Of a stretch of DNA of 64,000 nt, positions 36,230 through 47,740 are shown one piece after another. The DNA is taken from the NCBI GenBank assembly GCA_964188305.1, contig OZ076895.1; one strand, given 5' to 3'. The stretch is from Podarcis bocagei (taxonomy: Eukaryota). A program made the position numbers and the translations under genes. Each line of letters opens with the position of its first letter. Within the stretch, counting starts at the first letter, position 1. The notes under the pieces are model-generated. The model did not search any database. It saw only the letters and a program-made list of their open reading frames with translations, and had not been told where the DNA came from.

Positions 36230-37050
36230 AGCTTAGACACTGTCATTCTGCAGTGACAATGCTTCAGGAGTTCCTCTACCAGGAGACCAGTGGCCCCAGA
36301 TATTTTGCATCAGAATCTACAAGATTTGCCATCAGTGGCAAAAAGTCAAAAAGCACATGAAGACTTAGATCCTTGATCTGGGGATCCTGGAGCAGTTCCT
36401 GACCACACTGCTTCCAGAAATGAAGAGCTAGGCTAGAGTAAATAAGCTAGAGACCAGTGTGTGGTTGGTTTTCCTGGCAGAAGACTTCCTACTGAGCCAG
36501 AGAAAACACAAGAAGCAGGAAGAACATGTGAAGGGAATAGTATGCAAAATGGCCAGTGAGTACCCTTAAGCAGAGAAGACTTCACTGGATAAGAAGATTC
36601 TGTCCATGTAGATCGTTTAGGAGGGCAATGGAGGTGCCACCTCACTGGAGAAGTGGGAAAAGTTGCTGTATGCTTAGTTGTGTACACTTAGATCAGGGTC
36701 TGTTGACCTTCAAGGATGTGGCTGAGTATTTTACCAAAGAGGAATGAGCTCTGTTGGATCCAGGCAGAGCGCTCAGCACACGGAAAATCATGGTGGAGAA
36801 TTTGGGTGTCTGGTCCCCATGACTGAACTCGTATCACTCCTAAAGCAAGGGAACAGCTGCAGCTGCCTAATCTGCAGGCATCTGACAGAATGGAGGTTGT
36901 ACATGAGACACAATGTCCCAGGCATTATTCAACGAGAGTCATATGGACATCATTCAGGTTAGGAGTTGGCAATCTGAACAGAAATGAAAGGAAGACATTT
37001 GCCTATTTCCAGTTAAAACCTCAGTGAAAAATCAGCATTCTATGCTCATC
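36230..37050 (+). pseudogene. Processed pseudogene of a SCAN-KRAB zinc-finger gene (ZKSCAN-type)
   Basis: SCAN-like Q*QCFR..FLYQETSGPR...ILDLGILEQFLTTLLPEMKS* (~36250-36500), KRAB-A GLLTFKDVAEYFTKEE*ALLDPG (36697-36810) and KRAB-B-like PMTELVSLLKQG, with stops and frameshifts and no intron between KRAB-A and KRAB-B. Confidence 0.82.
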
Positions 37051-37063
37051 TCAACTTCCTATA

Positions 37064-37305
37064 CAATGGTACCTCGAGTTACATACGCTTCAGGTTAAAG
37101 ACGCTTCAGGTTACAGACTCCGCTAACCCAGAAATAGTACCTCGGGTTAAGAACTTTGCTTCAGGATGAGAACAGAAATCATGCTCTGGCAGCAGCACAG
37201 CAGCAGGAGGCCCCATTAGCTAAAGTAGTGCTTCAGGTTAAGAACAGTTTCAGGTTAAGAACGGACCTCCGGAACAAATTCAGTATGTAACCAGAGGTAC
37301 CACTG
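37064..37305. mobile_element. Tc1/mariner (Tigger-like) MITE
   Basis: TA-CAATGGTACCTCG...GAGGTACCACTG-TA. Confidence 0.92.
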
Positions 37306-37984
37306 TATCTTTGTCCGTCCTGACCAGTAATTTTTACTGGTTTTCTCAACAGCCCAGTCTTGGGACTTTAGGTTAATTCCCTCTTTGCTGCTGATGGTTT
37401 TAATGTTGCTTATTGGGGTTGAGAATTTTTTAAAAATATCTAGTTTTGATTAATGGAGGTATTGGATTTCTTTTAAAAAAAAACCCAACAACTTTGCATT
37501 GTGAATTCATTTATATATCTTGTTAGTTGTCTAGAGGCCTTGGTGTAACTGATGAACACATTTGAATAATTAGGGCGAGCGCAGGATCCAAGCTACGCGT
37601 TGGTCGATGGAACCGCTGGGCTGAGCTGGCTCACACATTTGAATAATTAGGGGTTACTGCCCCTGCCTTTGCTAACCCCACCAATTCCCCACTCCATTTC
37701 CAACCTCCACCCTCTACACTTCAATTGACCGTCCCCAGCCATAAGAACATGGGAAAGCTCACCTGGGACATCCACCTGTCTGCCTGCCTACTCGCTTGCT
37801 CTGCCCACTTACACTGCCAGCCTTCCTGCTTTGCTTGCTCACTGCACCAGCTACTGTCATGTGGCTGCTTTCTGGTGGCCATGCAAGCAGCATGACTTTT
37901 CCCCTTACCAAAATGTTATACAGTAAAACAACAGTAAATTTGCTTGGTGGCAGATGAAACAGTTTACAGGTGTGTATGTATGTG

Positions 37985-38196
37985 TCAAAGTGCAAACAGA
38001 TAAATAGGTACCGCTCCGGCGGGAAGGTAAACGGCGTTTCCGTGTGCTGCTGTGGTTCGCCAGAAGTGGCTTAGTCATGCTGGCCACATGACCTGGAAGC
38101 TGTACGCCAGCTCCCTCGGCCAATAAAGCAAGATGAGCGCCACAACCCCAGAGTCGGTCACGACTGGACCTAATGGTCAGGGGTCCCTTTACCTTT
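37985..38196 (+). mobile_element. Sauria SINE 3' part
   Basis: gataaataggtaccgctccggcgggaaggtaaacggcg...ggggtccctttaccttt. Confidence 0.88.
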
Positions 38197-39045
38197 TATG
38201 TATGTGTATGTATGGGGTGCATTCTCCTTGTAAACTAAGTATTCCAGAAAGCTTTTCCATTCTGTTGACTACTGTAAATGTTCATAGCATCCCTAGACAC
38301 ACATACAGGAATAATCTAGCATTTCAATACATGCACATTACTAAGGAGAGATTTCATTGTAAATGGGGTGTGGGGGTGTCATCCAAATCAAACATTTGTT
38401 TACTCGCTTAGGTGACATTACCAATGTTATTTGCAATAAAAAGTCAAACAGTGCTGTGGCACCTTAGAGACTACTGATTTATTGTAATAGGACACTAACA
38501 AATGTGAAATAACAATGCCTATAAATTGTATAAATTACTTTAAAATGCAAATGTAAAACTTTGTTGAGAAGTGATAGGCACAGTGGGGAGTTACCTTTTG
38601 GGTGAGGAAACTATTTTCCTCAATGTGAAGTAGGCTGCTATGTGACAGGCACACCCCAAAAAAGTATTCCCCCCTCCCTATTAATAATGCTGAGGAATAA
38701 GAGCAAAATATAATATTAGCTCAGCTGCATTCATACAATTGAAATTGCACTATAGTGACTTATAATCTGGGTGAAATAAATTACGGTGTTTGCATTATAT
38801 CTTTGCAAATTCTTCACATTAATGGTGTGTGTGTGTGTGTGCTAATTAGAAGACTAGAGTTTGGTATAGCTATAAATGCAAGGATTTGCTTTGTACTAGC
38901 TGCAATGATTTGCATCATTAGTGAAACACCTACCAATGACTGTATACTCCCAGAGAATTAACACATCCTAGGGAGAAAACAAGCAGCAGCTAGTCAGAAT
39001 CCAGAATCACTTAATTGATGTTATTAATTATGCAACTCCTTCCAT

Positions 39046-39459
39046 CAGGGCCGGCCCACACATGAGGCATGGTGAAGCAGTTGCCTCAGGCGGCAGGCTG
39101 GGGGCAGCTGGGAGGGGCAGTAGGTCTGGCCCCAAGCAGGATGCCACACGTCACCACCACTACCTCCTCCTCCTCCTCCGCCTCCTCCTCCTCCTTTGCT
39201 GTCCCACACAAGGACTGTTTCTTTATGGCCTCTTTTTCCACAACTCCTCTGTGCTTCTTCCATGGTAGTGGGGGTGCCCCACCTGCTCCCACTGCTACAC
39301 CACAGCCACTAGAGAAGTGAGGAGAAGTGGTTGGACTTCAGCAAGATGCCATAGGAACCCAGAAGCTACAGCTATGTGACCCCAGTAAGCAAGGCTTTGG
39401 CAGTGGCTGTGACGGGAGATGGCACCTTTCTGTTTCGCCTCAGGGACAGGCTGTCCCTG
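39046..39459. mobile_element. Old hAT-type MITE
   Basis: Ends CAGGGCCGGC / GCTGTCCCTG with subterminal tgaggc..gcctcag motifs; TSD degenerate. Confidence 0.6.
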
Positions 39460-39805
39460 ATTCCCAATCTCAGTGCTAAGCAGAGGAGGCAGAAGGGTTT
39501 TATCTCCTGATCTCAGGCATATGCGGATCATCTAAAGATCTTGATCAGATTGGGAGAAGGGCCACTTCTGGATTCAGCGGGATTCAGCCTGTGGCCTATG
39601 GGCCACTAGGGAGTCATAAGGTACGAAAAACAAAACCTTCAGACTCAAATGGCACCAAGAGTCACAAAAACTAAGCATTAAGCTGAATTGACAGGAATGC
39701 ATGTGTGGGCATGTGGCACAGGGCAGAATAAATTGAAAGTCTCACATTTCAACGTAAGCGCCACTAGTGGAGATAGCAAACAGTACAGACCAAGAACAAG
39801 GTAGT

Positions 39806-40378
39806 CTTCTTCTTCTTTGGCAATCAGATCACTTGTAGCCAAGTAAAATTGTCTTCCATAAACACGGTTTTAAAAATGAGTCCATAAGTGACTGTGGAGG
39901 CCAATTCTGGATCCACATATCCTTCCACAGTGGGGACATTGGTTTCCAGGCAGGAGTTGATCATGGTGTGGATTTGCCAAGTGTGCCTTCCTCTTAGCAC
40001 ATTTCTCCCTTGCGTCCTGAGTTCGAGTGTCTTCAAAGCCCATGACACCTTTGGTAAAGGCTGTTCTCCAACTGGAGCACTCACAGACAAGTGTTTCCCA
40101 ATTGTTGGTGTTTATACTACATTTTTTAAAAAAATTGCCTTGAGACAGTCTTTAAAACGCTTTTGTTGACCACCAGCATCATACTTTCCATTTTTAAGTT
40201 TAGAATAGAGTAGTTGCTTTGGAAGACGATCATCAGGCATCCACACAACATGACCAGTCCAACGAAGTTGATGTTGAAGAATCATTGCTACGACACTGGT
40301 GAACTTTGCTTCTTCCAGTACACTGGTATTAGTTTGCCTGTCTTCCCAAGTGATGTGTAAAAAATTTCGGAGACATCC
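39806..40378 (-). mobile_element. RTE-clade LINE 3' fragment
   Basis: Inverted homolog of 25110-25664; (TTC)n at the left end is the tail. Confidence 0.88.
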
Positions 40379-41709
40379 TTTCCCCAGTTCACTGTGATTG
40401 GGAGAGCCCTGGTAAAACCATTCCCTCTGATTGGAAGCTAGTTCTGCCTGTCATGAAAAAGCTCTTCCTCCCCTTGCATTTTCATTTTGTGGCAATCTTG
40501 GGAAGAAACGTTTCAATTTTCACAGGCATACCACACAGGTGGTGGTGGTTGTTTTTAAATACTTAGATCTCCAAACTGCTCTGATTTATTTTGGGGGTGC
40601 CTAGTTCAGTTTGGGGCAGTTCAGGGAGATCCTGCAATGGCTCAAATGTGCCCTAAATCTCTCCAAAGTGGTTGCCTGCTTTGGGTCAGGATTTATCCAA
40701 GTCCTGATACATTTCCTTTTCCCTCCACCCTACCCAGTAGATAGTCTTAAGAGCAAAATAAGTCCTACCACAGAATAAAATGTCATATTGAAAAGGAACC
40801 TGGAATCTTTATCTTTTACCTCAAGGCAAACATGAGTGAACACTAAACAGACATAATCTTGCATGAGCATATGACAGTGAACTGAGACTTTTGCCAAACA
40901 CAAGAGATACAGAAAAGCAGCAACATACTAAAAGGATCCCCTCCCTCCAACTGGTTGAATGTAATTTCCTTCAATGTTATGTAGCCTAAATGAATTTGGC
41001 TTTCATTAAGCCTTGTAGCAAGCAAACAAAAAAAGCGGGGGCAATGATTAAAAAATAGAGTGTTACATAATCTTTTAAAAAAGCAATCCAATTATTATTA
41101 TTCCATTAAAGCTTTCAGTATTATACTTCCATTGATTTTTTTCTAGCCTTTAGAATTAAAGGTATTAAAAACTGATATATTATTGTAATTATTATGTTTC
41201 AACATGCACTTATGTCAATGTTTGAAAATCTTATAAAGACTACTAAGTAACCAACAACTAAAGAGTGTTTTACTACAATTTTCCACTATAAAACCCATAA
41301 GGAGTCTTTGCTCTGCTTTTCTTTCTTTCTTTTTTTAGTTCATTGATGGAAGAAATGCTAGTTCACTTCATAATACTTAGGGTTATATGAGCCTTATACA
41401 AACTAATCTTTAAAGTTTCTTTATTTATAAATGTGAATAATTTCTAGTAGCAATTTGATTATAACTGCTCTGAAAGATTTGAAACCTAATTATGATTGTT
41501 TAAAAATGTGTTACTTTTTCTCACAGTTACAGGGGGCCATTTCCTTCTGAAACTGGAATTTTTCAAAAAAAGGATTTTTAGGTGTTTATTGCATATTTTC
41601 CATCTTTCAGAATTCACACATCTTTCTCATATTGGGCATCTGATTTTCTCAGATCAGGACCTGCTGATCCCAGCTCGCAGTGATGGGTTTGATTTTGTAT
41701 TAGTATGTA

Positions 41710-41935
41710 CAGTGGTACCTCGGGTTAAGTACTTAATTCGTTCCGGAGGTCCGTACTTAACCTGAAACTGTTCTTAACCTGAAGCACCACTTTAGCTAAT
41801 GGGGCCTTCTGCTGTCGCCGCGCCGCCAGAGCACAATTTCTGTTCTCATCCTGAAGCAAAGTTCTTAACCTGAAGCACTATTTCTGGGTTAGCGGAGTCT
41901 GTAACCTGAAGCATATGTAACCTGAGGTACCACTG
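41710..41935. mobile_element. Tc1/mariner (Tigger-like) MITE
   Basis: TA-CAGTGGTACCTCGGG...GAGGTACCACTG-TA. Confidence 0.92.
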
Positions 41936-43032
41936 TATTAGTATCATATACAGTATGATTTTGAATTAGAATGTCTATCTATAGTAAAAAATAAAGACTT
42001 TCGGAGCTTAGAGGCAAGCAAATTTATTATGCCATAAGCTTTGCCGTAATCGACTTATACAAATTGACGGCAACAGTCTTACAACTATCTTAAAAATAAA
42101 TGTTTGAAAATTAAGCAATGAGAGTCTAAATGCATGTTGGGGTTAAAAGTGGGCCATGGGTTGGAAAAGTTTGAAGTCTACTGCTCTAGCATGTAGGCTA
42201 AATAGAAAATTAACATGTAACACTAGCTCCACACATTCAGTGTGGGCATGTACGGTTATTTCACATTCGAAAATATATTTGACCACTTAAAAAACAAACA
42301 ACCCTTCCAGTCAGTCATTTCTGCACGTTAATTTATTTGCTTGATTTAGTTGCATTAAGTAGAGAAATGGATCGCGTTCTCTTTCTTTAGTCTGAGACCC
42401 TGCTGGTGATTAATGCTTTCCCCATAATTCTAAGAGAAGAAAATCATTACAAAAACAATTATCGCTCAATTCTCAAATCAGTCAAAATATCACAGATAAG
42501 GCACTTACTTGCCAGTGACAGTTTTTGCCTTCTGCAAGCATAATTAATCTAAGCAGCTGAATAGATTTTTTAAAGTGGAATAAGGTTCATGCATAACTGA
42601 CAAGATTTCTATCAAATCATCACAGGATGGCTGATAGGCACATCACAGATCATCAAGTTGCATCTGGTATGGTGCTAACTAAGAGATACTGGAGCTGACA
42701 TTTCCAGGGTGACAGTGTACAAGACAAAAAGTGGATATGGTGACTCGCAGCTTCCTTTGCACTAGCATTTAAAAAACAAACAAACAAAGAAGACTGTTTC
42801 TATTTTCTTCTTCTTTTTCTTCTTCTTCTTTAAAAACCCCCACTACATTTCAGCTACAGCAAGTATCTTTTAAAATATATAAGTTTAAAATTGCATGCAG
42901 ATATGACAAAGTCTAGAGTTATTTCTCAGTCTGTGGCTTTCTATCAAGTACACCAGATGATGTTGGACTACAACTGCAATCATCCTTGACCATTGGCCAT
43001 GCTGCTGGGGCTTTGAACATAGCCAAATAAAC

Positions 43033-43074
<42 letters not shown>
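43033..43074. repeat. (ATT)n microsatellite
   Basis: Direct reading. Confidence 0.95.
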
Positions 43075-43075
<1 letters not shown>

Positions 43076-43477
43076 CCTCTCTTGCAAGCCCAAGCTCATT
43101 CTGGGTTTGGGACCACCTGACCTGCCTGCAACTGTTGGCTACTCATGCATGCTCTTCCTTCATGATTTCCCCTTCCTTCCATTTCTTATACAAGAAACCA
43201 AGCATGGGGCAGGCATGCCACACAGCTTCCAGCAGTGGCTGGGGGGTGGGCCACCTCAGTTGACCTGTGTCTTGAAATGGGCCATATCCCAGGCACAGCC
43301 CTGCTCAAATAATGGATATACACCCAATACCTGAGCCAAACCATACCTACATCTGTAAATCAAAAAAGTTGTGGCCAAGACAACTTGTTGAGTTTGTTCC
43401 ACCTGCCATTGCTATTGTCTTCACACACTGGGGAAGGGGGCACTGTGAGTGGGTCCATAGCTCTTATTCCCCACCAT

Positions 43478-43511
43478 GAGGGAGAGGGAGAGGGAGAGGG
43501 AGAGGGGGGGG

Positions 43512-43539
<28 letters not shown>
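43478..43539. repeat. (GAGGGA)n/(GA)n purine tract
   Basis: Direct reading. Confidence 0.95.
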
Positions 43540-43543
<4 letters not shown>

Positions 43544-44472
43544 TCCATGCATGTATCTTTGCCACTGGGCATCCCAAAGAGAATTTTCCCTCCAATTGTG
43601 AGGAGATAGCTACCTTTCTGCCAGTGTCTCCATATTTTCCATAATAACTGATGAATACACTATAGAGCAATGGACATGAATGTGTGACTTACACGTGTGA
43701 CTTATGCCATACATCGTTTTTCAAACTGCTGAAAGAATTCACAAGAAACCATTGCATCAGATTGCGAAGTCCATGCAGATAGGAATATTCTGCAAGCATT
43801 ACATTAGATTTCCTGGATATTTAAGGGAGGGAGAGAGAGTTTCCTCATGTGTTACACTTTACATTTGTCCTTGCTGAATTTCATTCTGCTGCTCTCTTTC
43901 CAATTGGCACAGGTCACATAATACAGTATTTCATTTATGGTCTCTCGGAGGCATTGGGGTAGGTGTTTTCTCGATAGTGAGAAAATGAACCTGACTATTT
44001 CAGGGTGTTTTCACACCAGTGCCCTTTAGAGTGTTCCACCTCAGGCTGCAACCACCTGACACTATCACTTCAGTGCCAGGGATTCATAGGCAGATAACTG
44101 TTGACATACACGCTGATACGTTTGAGGCACTTTAATGGCAACCCTCTCGCACTGCCTCAGACGTGTCGGAAGGCTATCAAGGGAGATGCCAACACTTCGC
44201 CTTCCTACTTTTACACAGGTTATAGATTTTCAGCACTGATGTTAACATGCCCCAGTGCTTGAGGCAGACAAGGCCCTTGCAATTCATGCTATCCTGATTA
44301 AGAAGATTGCAACATTTTATATGAAGGACTCTTGGGAATTGGGAAGAAAGGGAGAGAGAATGCACAGATGTGCATAGTTTGGAAAGGCCACTGGCCAACT
44401 GTCAATTGGCAGTGCAGGCTCTGGATGTCTGTGCCTCAGTTGTAAGAGTCATCCAATGGATTCTTTGACAGA

Positions 44473-44964
44473 TGTCAGGCAGCAGAGGAAGCAACTCTCT
44501 AGCAGGTTGCTAGGAATGTATAAGACCAGGACAAGTTATTACCACCTGCTTTTTATTCAATATTTACAAAGAGAGGCTTGGCACAAAACCTCTTGGAATA
44601 ATGGCATTGTCCCGAGTGACTCTCCACCCACTTTTTCTCCCACTTCCTCATATGGTGGTGCTGAAGGCCCTTTGCTTCTGAGCCCTTTGCTCTCCTGCTT
44701 TCAAGGCTCGCTGGGTTCTGGAAGAGGGGGCATCTGGAATGCTTTCTAAAGACACTGTGTCCATCAGCTGTTGCCCTCCTGATGCTTCCTCTTCCTCCTT
44801 CTCCTCCTCTCCTGTTATTTCCCAACTTTCCCCCTCATCTGCCTCTGAGCTGTGACCACCCTCAATTCCCTATTGTAATTCTGAATTATTATTATTATTC
44901 TTTTCTGGAAGGGTCAGGCCAGGAAGGCAGTCTCCACCATACTTCCTCTGCCCAGTCCCTAACA
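44473..44964 (-). mobile_element. Solo-LTR-like repeat (family of 60283-60744)
   Basis: TGTCAGG...CCTAACA ends; ccccctcatctgcctctgagctg is the reverse complement of cagctcagaggcagatgagggg at ~60400. Confidence 0.7.
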
Positions 44965-47604
44965 GGAGATGGCATTCCAATGAGGAAACTGTAATACAGA
45001 GGCTACTAGAAAAGGAGGAGCTGTTTCAACACCCCTGTGTCATCATCTATGCTAGAAAATTACTGACAACTCAATGCATTGACCATAGCTGAAAAGTGAT
45101 AAAATGAGATGAAGCAATATCATAGCCCAACCCCAACCTTCTGTTAAAGCCCCTCTTGCTAATTACCCAGATATGTCAGGTGGCAAGTCTTCTCCTTCTG
45201 AATAAATCTGACATCAACAGATTTCTCTTCTTAATTTTTATTTTAATAAATAAGCCATAAAGCAGCTGTGAAGTTACTGATAAATGAACTGCTAGGGAAT
45301 AGGCTTACTCAAGTGAGCTAAATCCTTCTGCCCTTTCATTATAAGCAATATAATACTGTGAACACATGTTCCGAATAACCTGAGAACAAGTGTGTGAGAT
45401 ACGTATTTGGTCCTTGTGCCTTTGGCTAAAGAATCAAACAGTGGACATACAGTTGTGCTTCCTATAGGTCATAAGGGGGGGGGAACAGTAGGAGAAATGA
45501 GAATCAAGTGCTTTCTAACAGAGAGAAGCTCCTTAGCTTCCCAATTTCCTTGTTGAATAAAGATGTAAAACCTGAACTATTAGCAGCTAAGCACCAGGCT
45601 AATGAAGGAGCTGAATGGTTAGAGGGGGGAAAGTGTAGTGAGATGTTTCAAATGCAAAGTAAATGGAAATTCAATACACACACACACCCCGACTGGGCAC
45701 AAACTACAGCCTTATAGGGGTGCTAATATATCTCACATACATCAACACAGGAGCAAAGGGTGGGTTGTGATGTATAGCCCCACCACCAACACTGCACATT
45801 CTCTCTAGACTCGTCCCTGACATCTGCATGTAGATTGTGAATACCTGTAGGCAAGGGGCCTTCATATAGATATACACTTGAAGTATTCCATGGAATATGG
45901 AACACTGATCATTTAGAGTTCCAGATCTTGTGCACATGCACACCTACAGAGATTCAAGATGTACATGCATATCTAGATGGAATGTGCAACATCAGGGGTG
46001 TGGCTAATCAGTGCAGTTCCACCCCTTGCTCATAGATTATCCTTGGGGTCCTTTCCAACTCTACAATTCTATGATTCTATGATGTCCATAGGCATGAGCA
46101 GTATATGCTTAGGGCTTCTGGGTCATGTAAAAAAAGACATGAAATTGTGGGCATAATAAGAGCACAAGATGACCAGAAGGAGGGTCCTGAGCAGTTATCC
46201 CTTGAAAGGTGTGCTTTTCATTTCTGCAAGATGGATCAATAATAGCCTAAGACTGCAAACCTATGAGTATGTCAAAGTGAACTCAATGCAACTTACATCT
46301 TATTAGGCATATACTGAAGCACATTTTAAATTTGCATGGGTTAGTCCATTAGAAGTAGGGCGCAATATTTTCAGCAAATTATCAAAAGACAAAAAGAGGG
46401 AAAGCAATGAAAGAGGAGGCACCAGCCTAGACAAGTAATATGCTTTGCATTTCCTCCCCCCAAATCAAATTTATTGTAACTATTTATAATGGCTTCCTGT
46501 TTGTGGATTGCTTATTTACACAGCAAAATGACAGATTTGGAGCTTTTAATAAAACAGCATCCTCTCCCCTCTTCTTTTAAAAAAGTTTTTCTTTCTGTAG
46601 TTTATCGAGCTCAGTTTCACTACACATGAACAATTAATCAAGCACTCCTTTGAGTATGATGCTGTTCTCTTTAAATATCAGTAACAGAGAAGATACTGCA
46701 AGCAATGAAACTGCAACATTTACCATCATTCACATCCTCCTTCCTGGTTGCTTGCCCCATATATATTTTTTGCAATGGCTGTGGAACATATAAGTAGACA
46801 AGTGAGGCTTTATGAAATCACATAGCACAGAGTGGAGATTATGGATTAAATTGTAATTGTAGCATTTAAAATCTATACACTGCAGACCAGAGATCTGCTG
46901 CCAGCGCTTCGTCTCTGGCATCCTCGGAGCAACCAGGTGTAAACACAGGCAGACCAGAAGTAATGTCATACAGCTGGGGTCAGCCACCTAGGATGCTCCC
47001 ATGTCCATTGTGGTGCATAAGGGACAGAGCATATTTTCCAGCAGAGAAGCAATCTGGGAGGCAAAGGGCGCCAGGAGGAAAAAATTGTTTGAGTCCTTTA
47101 ACCCAGTGGCTGGTCAGGATGATAGGAACACAGAGGGTTCATCCACAGTGTCGCTTGTTCCATGTTTTCTAGGCACTTTCCCGGGGAAAACCTGCTGTTT
47201 ACTGCTGAATCAGAACAAACATCAATCCACAGAAAGCCCAAATGATGTTTGCTCTGATTTGGTGGTGCCTCCTTTGCAGTAATAGTGAGACTGGGGTTCT
47301 GAGTGGATTGCACAGATTTCCCAACTCCTTATCTCTGGAGGAGTCTGGCAGGCTCCCTTGCACAGATGGAGCTTTCCTAACAGTGGGTTCCCATTTATTT
47401 TCACTGTAGGGGACACTCCGCTTGCACTGCCTTTAATTGCAGAGAGAGGCCTTTTACATTGTTATAGATTTGTGGGGTGACCCCCCCAAACCCTAGACTT
47501 TAATAAATGGTAGGATTCTTGAGTACTGAAGGGAAGCGTGTAGGCTAGTGGGGAAATAAAGGCTAAGCTTCCTTTCCAAACCACCTGGGATAGAGGCATT
47601 AACA

Positions 47605-47740
47605 CGGGCATCCCCAAACTCAGCCCTCCAGATGTTTTGGGACTACAACTCCCATCATCCCTAGCTAACTGGACCAGTGATCAGGGATGATAGTAATTGT
47701 AGTCCCAAAACATCTGGAGGGCTGAGTTTGGGAATGCCTG
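47605..47740. mobile_element. Palindromic hAT-type MITE
   Basis: Whole element is an imperfect hairpin; perfect 8-bp TSD CATTAACA (47597-47604, 47741-47748). Confidence 0.9.
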
